Position numbers and translations under genes: made by a program. The notes under the pieces are model-generated. The model was not told where the DNA came from. It saw only the letters and a program-made list of their open reading frames with translations, and searched no databases. Shown in pieces: positions 36,951 through 47,333 of a stretch of DNA of 64,000 nucleotides (its first letter is position 1; each line of letters begins with the position of its first letter). The stretch covers positions 1 through 64,000 of the forward strand of contig BEHE01000009.1 of NCBI GenBank assembly GCA_002898395.1. The letters run 5' to 3'. This stretch comes from Candidatus Calditenuaceae archaeon HR02 (GTDB taxonomy: Archaea > Thermoproteota > Nitrososphaeria_A > Caldarchaeales > Calditenuaceae).

Positions 36951-37640
36951 CTAGATTAGATTGGTTAGGTAACTCTTAATCCGTATATAACTGGGAGCTC
37001 GGTCACTATGTGGAGCTCCCTGAATAATTTGTCTCGAGATTACTATGCTTAGCTCCCCCCTGGCTTGGGCTTCCAGCCTCCTAGTGTGTGCTGCCTTTAT
37101 CAGCTCCGCTATTGATTCTGGGTCTCTCCTTATGTCTGATGCCTGTATTCTGAATACGTCGTATCCAGCCTCCCTCAGCGTCTCAATCTTCCTCATGTCC
37201 TTCTCCTGTATCCTTTCCTGGTAGTGCTGGAGGCCGTCAACCTCGACGACTATCATGCTATCCGGTATGAGTATGTCCACGTTATATCCCTCGAAGTACA
37301 CGTTGGTCACGTGGCGTATGTCCCGTCTCCAGAGCTCCACCGAGAGCCTGCGCTCCTACCAAGAAACCCTCAGCATCTTAACCCTGACCCTTAGTCTTGA
37401 AGAGCCTTTATCAATTGCCTCCATGATGGCCCTCTCGACACCCTCGTCGCCCTCCGCTACCAAGTATATTGCAAAGCCGTTGCTCGGGTGCTTAGTCGTA
37501 TATGTGACCGGCGCATGCTCCAGCAGACGCCTCACACTCTTGACTGAAGAACTTTTAACACCTCCATCCTTCCTAACCTGAACTCGGACCCCTCCCCCCT
37601 TTTCTCTCCTCATCCTTATTATTCTCTCCTCCACGCGCAT
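36951..37640 (-). pseudogene. DUF559/Vsr-like endonuclease gene interrupted by one in-frame TAG (37356-37358)
   Basis: The two ORFs are in the same frame: ...LRVSW*ERRLSVELWRR...YNVDILIP..IVVEVDGLQHY...D..K...L..AGY.VFRI. Confidence 0.75.
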
Positions 37641-38763
37641 CTACGAAGCGAAGCACCTTTCCTCTCCACCTCTCCATAACAGCCCTCTCGCTCCTATGTA
37701 TCTGCTCATACAGTCTCTTAACGTCTCCACTTATAAGAGGAGACACGATTACAGGCTTCACGACTAGGTCTCCGCGCACGCCTGTCCGTCTCCATAGCCC
37801 ACGCCCCTTCACAACCACCGATACGCCAGGACGCGTCATAGGCGGTATTTTTACCTCAAGGAGCCCATCGACGCCCTCTATCTTTACCGTCGCCCCCAAC
37901 ACCGCTTCACTCGGAGATATAGGAGCCCTCACAACGAGGTCGCCGTCCTTCACATGGTAGTATGGAGATTTTTTGACACCTATTCTGACGACAAGTATGA
38001 TCTCGCCCCCGCCGGCCCCCGAATTTCCCGGAACTCTAAACTGGAGGATGGAGCCGTCTGAAACCCCCCTGGGAATATCTATGTCTTGCTTCCTGACGCT
38101 CTGAACCCTTCCACTCCCTCTGCACGTCCTGCAGGGCCTTTCTATTATTCGCCCTATCCCGCCACAAACTTCGCAAGTCCTAGCCACACTGTATGTCATG
38201 TGACCTAGGACGCTTGTTCTCACAACTTGACCTGTCCCCCTACAGTTGGAACATACCCTCAGCCCACCAGGCTCAGCTCCACTACCTCCACAACTGTGGC
38301 ACACTTCCAACACCGAATACTGAACAGTTTTTCTCGCACCGTTAAACAGCTCCTTTGGCGAGAGCTCAACATCAACAACAACTTCGCGCGCAGCTCTCTC
38401 CTCATAGATGCCGAATCCGAAATCCCTGAACAACCTTTCAAAGATCGAGCTAAAACTTCCTAGTCCAAGGTCCCTGAAAATGTCTTCGAAGTCCTCCATC
38501 CTAGACCTGAAAAAGTCTTCCCTAGTGTATGCACCTGACAACCCCTCGTGACCGTACATGTCGTATATCCGCCTCTTCTCGTCATCCATAAGTACGGCGT
38601 AGGCCTCGCTGATCTCCTTGAATTTCTCCTCGGCCTCCGGAGACTTATTTCTATCGGGGTGATACTGGAGGACGAGCCGCCTATACGCCTTCTTAATCTC
38701 ATCCTTTGTAGCATTGCGTGGGACGCCGAGGATCTCGTAGTAGTCCTTCTTGGTCCCCCGCAT
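37573..38763 (-). CDS. dnaJ: Chaperone DnaJ
   Basis: [12 protein letters not shown], four CxxCxGxG repeats. Confidence 0.95.
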   Translation of the reverse strand: MRGTKKDYYEILGVPRNATKDEIKKAYRRLVLQYHPDRNKSPEAEEKFKEISEAYAVLMDDEKRRIYDMYGHEGLSGAYTREDFFRSRMEDFEDIFRDLGLGSFSSIFERLFRDFGFGIYEERAAREVVVDVELSPKELFNGARKTVQYSVLEVCHSCGGSGAEPGGLRVCSNCRGTGQVVRTSVLGHMTYSVARTCEVCGGIGRIIERPCRTCRGSGRVQSVRKQDIDIPRGVSDGSILQFRVPGNSGAGGGEIILVVRIGVKKSPYYHVKDGDLVVRAPISPSEAVLGATVKIEGVDGLLEVKIPPMTRPGVSVVVKGRGLWRRTGVRGDLVVKPVIVSPLISGDVKRLYEQIHRSERAVMERWRGKVLRFVDARGGENNKDEERKGGRGPSSG

Positions 38764-38851
38764 CCTCTACTCTACCTTCTTCTTTATGGTGGCTATTGAT
38801 AAATTAAAATCAATGGTTGATTTCTCGGGTTGATTGGTATGGTTATGGCTT

Positions 38852-39199
38852 TTACTGTACACCTGCGCCTGGCTCTATCTCTGCCTCCGGGGCTATGGGG
38901 ACAATATTCTCCTCGCTTGTCATTGCTGCCAGTATCATGCACTCTGATACTAGGCCTCGGACCTTTCTAGGCTTTAGATTGGTGACGAAGACGTAGAGCC
39001 GACCCTCAAAGTGCTCGGGGCTATATAGATGGCCTAGGCCGGTTATGGCCTGTTTTCTCTGACCTCCGAAGTCGACTTCCAGCCTTAGAAGCCTGTCGGT
39101 GGCAGGCACGCGCTCCGCCTTTACTACCTTCCCAACACGCATCTCAACCCGCTTAAACTCTGTGATATCGATCTCAGGTAGACTCAAGCCCGTCTGCAC
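38852..39199 (-). CDS. tRNA-binding OB-fold protein (Trbp111/CsaA/MetRS C-terminal-like)
   Basis: F.RVEMRVGKV..AERVP..DRLLRL.VDFG, NLKPRK.RG..SE.MILA. Confidence 0.9.
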   Translation of the reverse strand: MQTGLSLPEIDITEFKRVEMRVGKVVKAERVPATDRLLRLEVDFGGQRKQAITGLGHLYSPEHFEGRLYVFVTNLKPRKVRGLVSECMILAAMTSEENIVPIAPEAEIEPGAGVQ

Positions 39200-39276
39200 G
39201 ACTATTGGAGGCTACTATATTTGTGTGATGCGTCAGACTCCTAGGAGGGTCTTAAGGGGCGGTAGGCCTTGTGTGG

Positions 39277-39855
39277 CTAAGCGGTGTTTTTGAGGTATCC
39301 CCGCCTTCTCCAGCTGAATAGGGGTCTCTCATCACGGAGTTGTTGTGACCAGAGCCTCTCCATGATGATGCCAGTTGGGATAGAGGCGAGCGTTGGCGCG
39401 GCAACCATTACTGGGAGTTCGAGCGGCTTCTCCAAGAAAAGTATTGAAAAGACGGCGTCTATCTGCCATCTGAGATCTCCACTCTGAACCGAGAGGGTAG
39501 GTAGAAAGCCGATCATGAGCATTATGGCCATTATTAGGAGGAGCATCGAGGTTGTTAGGGCAGCTGTTATAGCCTGTGGGAGGGTGCGGCTCATAAGCCC
39601 TACAAGAAGCCCAGCCAATACGAGTGAGAACAGGGGGAGGGGCCCGTAGCTGGAGCTTAGCACAAAATTCACACCAGTTATCTTCACGCCTTCCCCCAAG
39701 ATGCTTGATAGGGGGGTTAAGTGGAAGAAGGCTGCTTTGAGAAACTCCCCCACTACAGCCCTCTGTGGATCATAGACGGGAAGCTGTACACCCGCCGTGT
39801 AGTATACCCCCAGCAAGAGTAGAAGCGATACCGCCGCAAGTATCCCTCTCAGCAT
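39277..39855 (-). CDS. Hypothetical membrane protein
   Basis: About 4 hydrophobic segments. Confidence 0.7.
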   Translation of the reverse strand: MLRGILAAVSLLLLLGVYYTAGVQLPVYDPQRAVVGEFLKAAFFHLTPLSSILGEGVKITGVNFVLSSSYGPLPLFSLVLAGLLVGLMSRTLPQAITAALTTSMLLLIMAIMLMIGFLPTLSVQSGDLRWQIDAVFSILFLEKPLELPVMVAAPTLASIPTGIIMERLWSQQLRDERPLFSWRRRGYLKNTA

Positions 39856-39965
39856 TCAGGGTTATATGCAAGCGTAGCGATATATTTAGCCGTTATATCG
39901 CTAGAGCCCCGAATTACCCTCGAATAATACCGCGGGATTCTCTAAAAGGGTCCCCGAGACCTCGC

Positions 39966-40169
39966 CTACATTACCGACGCCTGGATGTACTTAGACGAGT
40001 CGACGGGCTTCTTCTTCCTTGGCGAGTTCCTCAGGAGTATCCCGCAGTATGGGCACCTGACGCTGTCTGTTAGGTGGTATGTCCTGCATCTGCTACAGTA
40101 TTTATAGCCTGCGGCGTAGCTCCTCCTGGCAGGAATCCTTATGGTCTCAGTTTCCTGTAGGGATGCCAT
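39966..40169 (-). CDS. Small zinc-ribbon protein
   Basis: KYCSRC...RCPYCG..LR.SPR; GAGGTGA Shine-Dalgarno before ATG 40169. Confidence 0.8.
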   Translation of the reverse strand: MASLQETETIRIPARRSYAAGYKYCSRCRTYHLTDSVRCPYCGILLRNSPRKKKPVDSSKYIQASVM

Positions 40170-40256
40170 GTCCCTCACCTCTTACGTCTATGACATACCT
40201 TTACTGTTATGATAAGCGTTATGCTTAAATAGTATATACATTACATATACAGACAA

Positions 40257-41306
40257 ATGGCCATTTATCCGCGAAGGCTTCAGAGATTAGGCACAACCAC
40301 GCTCGTAGTATCGCTGCCTAAACAATGGGTTGCTGAGAGGAGGCTAAAGCCCGGCGACATCGTCTACATCGAGGCTAACGGAGACAGCCTCACCATACAT
40401 AGTAGAGAAGTTGTGCATGAGCCTGCGTCGGCAGTCATAAATGCCGACGAGGTAGAGAAGCCCGAGGTCTTGGCCAGGATAGTTACCTCCTGCTTCTTAC
40501 AGGGATACGACATAGTCAAGGTCATCTCTAACACAGGTCTCACGGGTAGTCAATCCCACGCTATATTGGCTGCAGTTGAGTCTCTTCCAGGTTTTGAAGT
40601 TATTGAACAGACACCGAGGCAGATAGTATTGCAGGCGATAATTGACCCGACGCGGTTTAAGGTCGAGGCCATAATCAGGCGACTCAACGTTCTGGTCATA
40701 TCCATGTTAGGTGTTGCCATAGACTCGCTTGTCCGCGGAATCTCTGAGAAGGCGGGGGATGTTATAAACACGGGAAAGAAGCTTGAGGAGCTCTACTCCA
40801 TAGTCGTAAGGCAGCTAATCCTCGCCCTCAGAAACCCATCACTCGCACACACAATAGGAATCGACATGCCAATCGCTGTTCTGGGATACAGGCTTGTCGC
40901 AAAGGCTCTAGAAGAGGCAGGGCAACATGCTATCGCACTGGCAAAAGAGAGCCTGAACATCAGGCATAAAGGAGCACCGACCAAGAAGAAGGTTGTAGAC
41001 AGGCTAGTCTCATTGGCTGAAGATATTCAGAGCCTTCTCACAAACGGTGTCAACGCCTTCCTAACACTTGACCTCAAGATGATAAATAATGTCCTCGACT
41101 CCTTGGAGGGTTTGGCTGATGAGATTGAGTCAACCGAGCGGGAGTTGATTGAGGAAGTAAGTGACGTCGAGTTCTCCCTCTCCCTCAGGGTCTCGCTGAT
41201 GCACTTCTCGGCAATACTGGATTCGGTTAAGATGATTGCAGAGGTGGCGTTGAACAAGTTTGTGAGAATGAATACAGATATTGTCCAGGCGGTTAGTCCT
41301 CCCTAA
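40257..41306 (+). CDS. AbrB-PhoU phosphate uptake regulator
   Basis: RRLQRLGTTTLVVSLPKQW; PhoU-like helical repeats. Confidence 0.88.
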   Translation: MAIYPRRLQRLGTTTLVVSLPKQWVAERRLKPGDIVYIEANGDSLTIHSREVVHEPASAVINADEVEKPEVLARIVTSCFLQGYDIVKVISNTGLTGSQSHAILAAVESLPGFEVIEQTPRQIVLQAIIDPTRFKVEAIIRRLNVLVISMLGVAIDSLVRGISEKAGDVINTGKKLEELYSIVVRQLILALRNPSLAHTIGIDMPIAVLGYRLVAKALEEAGQHAIALAKESLNIRHKGAPTKKKVVDRLVSLAEDIQSLLTNGVNAFLTLDLKMINNVLDSLEGLADEIESTERELIEEVSDVEFSLSLRVSLMHFSAILDSVKMIAEVALNKFVRMNTDIVQAVSPP

Positions 41307-42037
41307 ATGGCTGAATCTGGACCCCCTACGAGTCTTGCTGCGCGTCTAAATACGTTGTTTATCATCCGCTGGGTTAGTAGTCGTGTCTGCGTGTTCCTCC
41401 TGCTCGGATGATAGGTCGCCAGTAGCCAGATAACCCGCCCACCCTGTCTCTGAGTAAATCTGTAGGCCTGCCCGTGCTTGAACACGGGTCTACCACTATC
41501 TGGTGTGAACCCCTTATCCCGGAGAAGCCTAACAGATGTGCTGAATGCTAGGCTCCCTAACGCCACTATGACCCTTACCCCTTCGAGAGCATCGAATTCC
41601 TCTCTCAGATATCTATAGCAATTCTCCAGCTCTTCTTTAAGCGGTGTATTACCTGGCGGAACACATCGCAGGGCAGCGGTCAGGAAGCACCCCGTCAGTC
41701 TCAACCCATCATTGAGGCTTATCGAATAGGGAATATTCGCCAGGCCATTTGCGTATAGTGCCTTGATCAGAGTATTGCCAGCGCTATCCCCAGTGAACAT
41801 ACGGCCCGTCCTATTGCCTCCATGCGCAGCGGGGGCTAAGCCTATGACGAGAATCGAGGCCTTTGGGTCTCCGAAACCTGGTAGAGGCTTGGCCCAGTAA
41901 GTCTCTGCGGAGTATCTTTTGGGTGGATGCCGCGCGACCTCCTGCCTATATTTTACGAGTCTGGGGCATAGGGTGCATGAGACTATTCTATCGCTTATCT
42001 CGGCCAGTCTCTTCTCGAATTGGTCTTGGGACATCAT
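41303..42037 (-). CDS. Uracil-DNA glycosylase family 5 (UdgB)
   Basis: CTLCPRL, GLAPAAHGGNRTGRMFTGD, YHPSRRN. Confidence 0.92.
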   Translation of the reverse strand: MMSQDQFEKRLAEISDRIVSCTLCPRLVKYRQEVARHPPKRYSAETYWAKPLPGFGDPKASILVIGLAPAAHGGNRTGRMFTGDSAGNTLIKALYANGLANIPYSISLNDGLRLTGCFLTAALRCVPPGNTPLKEELENCYRYLREEFDALEGVRVIVALGSLAFSTSVRLLRDKGFTPDSGRPVFKHGQAYRFTQRQGGRVIWLLATYHPSRRNTQTRLLTQRMINNVFRRAARLVGGPDSAI

Positions 42038-42753
42038 GCCCTGACGAACGGGTTATTCCGCTTCTCGTAGCCTACAGTTGTTGATGGGCCATGCCCAGGA
42101 TATACTAAGATGTCGTCGGGTAAAGTGTATAGCTTTGATTTTATCGACTCTACTATTTTCTGGGGGTCTGCTAGGGGTATGTCTGTCCTTCCTATTGTGC
42201 CTTGGAAGAGCGTGTCCCCGCTGAATAGTGTCTTGCCTGTCAGGAGGCATGAACTTCCAGGTGAGTGACCCGGCGTATGGATAATCCTTAGCTGCAGCCC
42301 CCCGACGTGGATTATGTCACCGTCCTCCAAGTAGCCGTCAGGCCTCGGCGGCTTCAGACGTATTCCCAGTATTCGAAGAGTGGCCTCAGGCAGGATATCT
42401 AGTACTACCTGATCTGCGCGGTGAATCAGAAACTCTACTCCGAGAACCTCTCTAATATCATCTACAGCTAGGACGTGGTCGAAGTGCCCGTGCGTCGCTA
42501 TTATCTTCTTGACCTTGACACCAGTCTTGAGTAAACCCAGTATCTTGTGCGGCTCGTCTCCTGCATCGATGATCACAGCCTCGCCACTTCCGCCGTCGAT
42601 GAGCAGATAAGAATTGCTTCTCAGAGGCCCCACACTAACATAGTAGACCTTCTCCAAGTCTAACCCCCCAGAAGTTCTCGGCTTCGAGCTAAATCCATCG
42701 TTGCTGGAAAGAGAGCCTCCTCGGCCAAGAAACCACCTCCTTCCTTGCCGCAT
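42034..42753 (-). CDS. MBL-fold metallo-hydrolase (glyoxalase II-like)
   Basis: THGHFDH, HTPGHSPG, SGDTLF, PGHG; true start probably ~95 nt downstream of the ORF start. Confidence 0.92.
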   Translation of the reverse strand: MRQGRRWFLGRGGSLSSNDGFSSKPRTSGGLDLEKVYYVSVGPLRSNSYLLIDGGSGEAVIIDAGDEPHKILGLLKTGVKVKKIIATHGHFDHVLAVDDIREVLGVEFLIHRADQVVLDILPEATLRILGIRLKPPRPDGYLEDGDIIHVGGLQLRIIHTPGHSPGSSCLLTGKTLFSGDTLFQGTIGRTDIPLADPQKIVESIKSKLYTLPDDILVYPGHGPSTTVGYEKRNNPFVRA

Positions 42754-43564
42754 CTACGAAGGATGCTGGATCTAGGCAGCCGAGCTCGGAGATATACTCT
42801 TGAATCAAACTTGAGTCGATTCTCTCAAATACTTGGAACTCTACCGGGATCCCTTCAGCCGTCAATCTCCACTTCTCGGCCAACCACAAGTTGTTTATGT
42901 CGAGCTTGGTCGAGTCGCAGATTATGAGTGTTGGGACCCCCGCCTCTCGGGCGGCGAGTGCCACTATGCTTGAGCCTGACCTATTGATTGCCGAGCCGTC
43001 AGGCAGCACCGCATCACACCCCAGTAGCAGGACATCAACATCTGTAAGGGCTTCACAGACTGAGAGGTCGGGTAGGAGAATAGCGTTCACACCCGAGGCC
43101 TTGAGCTCCCTATAAGCTGCGAGCCCGTCCATCAGAGGCCAGCCCACCAATACCCTAGTCTCATGAGGCGAAAGCCTCTTCACCGTCGATATTACTTGGG
43201 AGCTCTTACTAAGTGTGAGGATCGTGTTACATTGTGCCAGCCTCTTCTCAGCCGATCTCAAAGCTGCTTCGAGGGCTGCCCCATACATCTGGCGCAACAG
43301 GCGTATCATATCCCGCAAATAAGGTCTAGGCCCGCTTTCTCCCAGAGAGATCTCGTAGGCCTGCCTCAGAGTGTTGACAAGGTTTATCGGGGAGATGAGA
43401 CTCCTCCGTTTAAGGACAATTTCATACAGTTCCTCTAGGAAGAGTTTGACAACACTAGGCTCTTCCTTCTGCGCGACCTCCTCCAGATAGCTGAGGAGAC
43501 CCATGGCTATTTGAGAGGAGCCGCCACGGCTATCAAAAACTATCTCAGAAACCTTCTCCAACAT
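42689..43564 (-). CDS. eIF-2B alpha/beta/delta-like protein
   Basis: ILTLSKSSQV, LLGCDAVLPDGSAINRSGS, FERI. Confidence 0.8.
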   Translation of the reverse strand: MLEKVSEIVFDSRGGSSQIAMGLLSYLEEVAQKEEPSVVKLFLEELYEIVLKRRSLISPINLVNTLRQAYEISLGESGPRPYLRDMIRLLRQMYGAALEAALRSAEKRLAQCNTILTLSKSSQVISTVKRLSPHETRVLVGWPLMDGLAAYRELKASGVNAILLPDLSVCEALTDVDVLLLGCDAVLPDGSAINRSGSSIVALAAREAGVPTLIICDSTKLDINNLWLAEKWRLTAEGIPVEFQVFERIDSSLIQEYISELGCLDPASFVDAARKEVVSWPRRLSFQQRWI

Positions 43565-43565
43565 T

Positions 43566-44585
43566 CTACGGCTTCAGCAATATCTTCCCAAAATGCTCAC
43601 CGGCCTCCAACCTCCTATGGGCCTCAGACGCGTCCTTGAGGCTGAAGACTTTATCAATCACTGGGCGTAGCTTGCCGTGGGAGAATAGATCGATGATTCT
43701 GAGAAACTCGCCTTGAGTGCCCACACCGCTCCCAATAATTCGCTGATATTTTCTAAAGAATGGCCTCACGTTAAACGAGACTTGGTCACCTGCTGTTGCG
43801 CCCACCACCACGAGTGTGCCGCCTGGTGCAAGGCATTGTAGGGCCTTCTCCCAGAAGGGGGTTCCGGCCATTTCAAGCACGACGTCCACACCCTCACCCC
43901 CCGTCGTCTTCAAAACCTCCTCGACCACATCCTTCTTTTTACGGTTTACGACAAAGTCGGCACCGGCCTTGTAGGCCTTCTCCTCCTTCCAGTTATCCCC
44001 AACCACAGATATTACACTCGCACCCGACAGTCTGGCAATCTGCGTAGCAGCCACACCTACTCCACTACTTCCACCAACCACTAGGACCCACATCCCCGGA
44101 CCCACAGCCGCGTCTGTGACCAACGCTCTCCACGCTGTAGAGTAGTTTACTGGGAGGGCAGCGGCCTCCTCTAAGCTGACTCCGCTCGGGAGAGGAATCG
44201 CTGTAGATGCAGGCGCTACTATCTGCTCTGCATATCCTCCCCAACGCGTAGAGCCGAGCCTCGAAGCGTTCCTGCAGAGTTGGAAGCGCCCAGTGAGACA
44301 GTATCTGCACCTGCCGCAGGGCGTGTCGGGGAACAGCACAACCCTGTCACCCTTTCTGAGATGGGGTACTGTTGAGGAGACAACCTCACCGGCAACATCA
44401 ACCCCTAGGACGTGGGGGAGCTTCACTTGGTATTTCCCAGTCCGAATCCACACGTCCACCCTGTTAACGCCTGCTGCCGCAACTCTGACTAACACCTCTC
44501 CCTCCGCCGGCACCGGGTCGGCCACGTCCTTATACTCGAGGACCTCAGGTGATCCGTACCGCTCAAGGACTACTGCTTTCAACAC
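43566..44585 (-). CDS. Zinc-binding (MDR) dehydrogenase / quinone reductase
   Basis: CGRCRYC...C structural Zn site, GGYAE, GGSSGVG, HFGKILL. Confidence 0.92.
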   Translation of the reverse strand: MLKAVVLERYGSPEVLEYKDVADPVPAEGEVLVRVAAAGVNRVDVWIRTGKYQVKLPHVLGVDVAGEVVSSTVPHLRKGDRVVLFPDTPCGRCRYCLTGRFQLCRNASRLGSTRWGGYAEQIVAPASTAIPLPSGVSLEEAAALPVNYSTAWRALVTDAAVGPGMWVLVVGGSSGVGVAATQIARLSGASVISVVGDNWKEEKAYKAGADFVVNRKKKDVVEEVLKTTGGEGVDVVLEMAGTPFWEKALQCLAPGGTLVVVGATAGDQVSFNVRPFFRKYQRIIGSGVGTQGEFLRIIDLFSHGKLRPVIDKVFSLKDASEAHRRLEAGEHFGKILLKP

Positions 44586-44715
44586 CCTATTCAGAACTAG
44601 TGCGGGGTAAATGAGTGTATCGCCTCTCTACCTCAGCCCGCGTCTAGCGGGGATTGAGGGAAAACTAAAATTGAGCCCTACCTACTCTAATGCCGAAAAA
44701 GAGGTTGAAAATAGA

Positions 44716-45897
44716 TTGAAGACAACACTATCCGTCATTAAGGCGGATGTTGGGAGCGTCTCTGGACACTATAAGCCACACAGCGAGATGCTACGCTATG
44801 CTCAGAAGAAGCTGAACGAGGCCAAGACGACAGCCCTCATCAACAGTGGATATGTGACTCACGCGGGAGACGACATAATACTCGTCATGACCCATAATAG
44901 GGGTGAGAATGACGCTGAGATCCACGGCCTTGCTTGGAGAATCTTCAAAGAGATAACTGATAACGTGGCGAAGCCGATGAAGCTTTACGGGGCCGGCCAA
45001 GACTTGTTAAGCGACGCTTTTAGCGGCAACGTAAGAGGCCTCGGTCCAGGTGTGGCCGAGATAGAGTTTGAAGAGAGAAGGTCGGATCCGGTTGTAGTCT
45101 TTGCGGCTGACAAGACCGAGCCAGGCGCCTGGAACCTACCACTCTACAGAATATTCGCCTCACCTGACAACACAGCAGGCCTAGTCATCGATCCGCAGCT
45201 CCAGAAGGGCTTTGTTTTCGAGGTACTCGACCTATACGAGAGCAAGATAGTGGAGCTGAAGACCCCTGAGGAGCTTTACATGCTCCTAGGACTGCTGGGA
45301 ACACCAGGTCGATACGCCGTCGCCCGCGTCAGGCGGGCTGCTGACGGAGAGCCTGCAGCCGCGGCCAGCACTACGAGGCTGAGCCTAATTGCTGGGCGCT
45401 ATGTGGGTAAGGACGATCCTGTGCTAGTTGTTAGGGCTCAATCTGGCTTCCCTGCCGTTGGGGAGATACTGGCCGCCTTCGCCGTGCCGCCGATAGTGAG
45501 TGGGTGGATGAGGGGATCACATAGGGGGCCACTGATGCCTGTCTCGTTCAAGAATGGGCAGAATGTTGTCTCATACTTCGATGGTCCCCCGAGGGTGATT
45601 GCGATGGGCTGGCAGGTAAGTAACGGCAAGCTAATAGGCGTTGATGGTGAGGAGCCTGCAGACCTGTTCGCCGACCCGTTCTGGGACTATGTAAGGCATA
45701 AGGCAGCCGAGTTGGCTATTTATCTGAGGACGATGGGCGAGTTTGAGCCTGCACGCCTAGGCCATGAAGAGATGGAGTACACTACACTACCCTCGATCCT
45801 AGAGACTTTGAAGCCAAGGTTTAAGCCATACGAAGAGAAGCCAACCACGAAGGCTCCGGCCACGAAGAAGAAGGAAGTCCAAGAAGAGGTAGATTAA
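44716..45897 (+). CDS. fbp: Fructose-1,6-bisphosphate aldolase/phosphatase
   Basis: TLSVIKADVGS..GH, GDD, LYGAGQDLL.DAFSGN, YVGKDDP, GWMRGSH, FDGPP; probable TTG start 44716. Confidence 0.96.
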   Translation: MKTTLSVIKADVGSVSGHYKPHSEMLRYAQKKLNEAKTTALINSGYVTHAGDDIILVMTHNRGENDAEIHGLAWRIFKEITDNVAKPMKLYGAGQDLLSDAFSGNVRGLGPGVAEIEFEERRSDPVVVFAADKTEPGAWNLPLYRIFASPDNTAGLVIDPQLQKGFVFEVLDLYESKIVELKTPEELYMLLGLLGTPGRYAVARVRRAADGEPAAAASTTRLSLIAGRYVGKDDPVLVVRAQSGFPAVGEILAAFAVPPIVSGWMRGSHRGPLMPVSFKNGQNVVSYFDGPPRVIAMGWQVSNGKLIGVDGEEPADLFADPFWDYVRHKAAELAIYLRTMGEFEPARLGHEEMEYTTLPSILETLKPRFKPYEEKPTTKAPATKKKEVQEEVD

Positions 45898-45972
45898 ACC
45901 ACCAAGAAGAACACAACATTCTTTTTTATGGATCCAAAGAGGCAAAGGCATAGCATAGCCCATGCGGGTGTT

Positions 45973-46809
45973 TTAGTGTTTGACTATCTCTACTCCAAGC
46001 TGTCGGAGCTTCTCAACCACGAGTCCCCTATGCTGACCATGGATACCCTTCCAGTCAATAACCGCCACACTACACCCGTCCACAACACTTCTAATAGCCT
46101 CACCCAGAAGATCGAGCGCCCCGGGGATAAAGTATTTTGGAAGTATGTGTCCAAAGTCATGCTCGCCGAGGCTCATCAGCCGGGTAAAGGTGGGTGCATA
46201 GTGTCCTCCGCCTACGCCTATCGCGGCAGACCTTGACGGCCCCGCGAGACACGCCTCAATACACGCCTCAGCCACGGCCTCCGCCGCCCTCTCGTCAGTC
46301 CTAGCCTCGACAGGCCCACCGAACTCAACGTATACCATTGGTACAGGTGAGTAGGGGCCGTGATGTGTGACCTCCAGCCCCACCCACCAGTCTCGCAGAC
46401 TGCTGCTTTCCTCGACGGCCCGTCTGAGAGTGTTGTAGGCAGCCCTGATGGCACCAGCTAGTGTTAGAGACAGTGCGCGCGGTTTTCCTCCCATGCTCAC
46501 GTCGCAAGTCCAGTTGCCCGTTGCGTGAGTAGTAAGTGCCTTTGTCCCACTCTCCGACCTATGGGAGGATGCTACTACTATGAGGTCTGCTTTGAGTTCC
46601 AATATCTCCTCCTCTGTGAGGTAGAGGTGGTGTTTATCGACGACTATTGCTGATACTGGGCGCCCGCGCAGAAACTCCACTCCCGCTTCTTGGACAGGCT
46701 CAAACCCAAACCTCTCTACAAGGCACTCCCTAACAAGCATTGACGAGCTATCAGCACGTGATATGAGGATAAAGCGTCCGGCCAAGGGCTTTGAAGGGTT
46801 AAACGGCAC
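45973..46809 (-). CDS. dtdA: D-aminoacyl-tRNA deacylase (DTD2)
   Basis: SSHRSESG, LTTHATGN, LEVTHHGP, GGGHYAP, GHILPKY. Confidence 0.92.
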   Translation of the reverse strand: MPFNPSKPLAGRFILISRADSSSMLVRECLVERFGFEPVQEAGVEFLRGRPVSAIVVDKHHLYLTEEEILELKADLIVVASSHRSESGTKALTTHATGNWTCDVSMGGKPRALSLTLAGAIRAAYNTLRRAVEESSSLRDWWVGLEVTHHGPYSPVPMVYVEFGGPVEARTDERAAEAVAEACIEACLAGPSRSAAIGVGGGHYAPTFTRLMSLGEHDFGHILPKYFIPGALDLLGEAIRSVVDGCSVAVIDWKGIHGQHRGLVVEKLRQLGVEIVKH

Positions 46810-46839
46810 CCCGACTATTTATAGAGTCGTGAGTTAAGG

Positions 46840-46959
46840 ATTATCTTCTCGACTTGTTCCTTAGTTTTGTGTTGCATCTAGGGCATCTTTGTTTATGTAT
46901 TGTTGGCTTTTTGAGCAGTATTTAAATCCCCTATTGTATGCATCACCCCTAGCGGCGGG
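46840..46959. repeat. Dispersed repeat family B, copy 2
   Basis: Matches 26985-27114; minus strand carries ATTTAAAT and then MQHKTKEQVEKII. Confidence 0.93.
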
Positions 46960-47072
46960 ATAGTATCTTAGACTCACATTTTCAAGCCTTACCATAATGG
47001 TGTCTGGGGAGTAGTCTTACCTTGATTGGCCTCTCCCTATCTAATAATAGCTCATAATCATGTATTGGTTAG

Positions 47073-47333
47073 GGAGCTCTAGCTGAGCTATTGACGTATG
47101 TTGATTTCAGTAAGTCATTTAGGAGGGTTCGTGGATACTTGAGGCTGTATCGGCGACGGTCGTATAATAGGAGGTATGGACATGCGACGCGTGAAGCGTT
47201 GGGAGGACTTACGATGGCGGTAATTGGTAGATATAGGTTGAGGGCTAGGGATCAAGAGGATGTGCTGAAGATGTGGCTGATGTTCTGAGGGGAGACATGG
47301 AGGCCGGCGGGTATACCGGCCCAGCAACAGTGA
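47073..47333 (+). pseudogene. Decayed C-terminal fragment of a putative IS110/Nop-domain-like protein
   Basis: *GALAELLTYVDFSKSFRRVRGYLRLYRRRSYNRRYGHATREALGGLTMAVIGRYRLRARDQEDVLKMWLMF*GETWRPAGIPAQQQ*; resemblance to IS110 C-terminal domains judged by eye. Confidence 0.5.
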
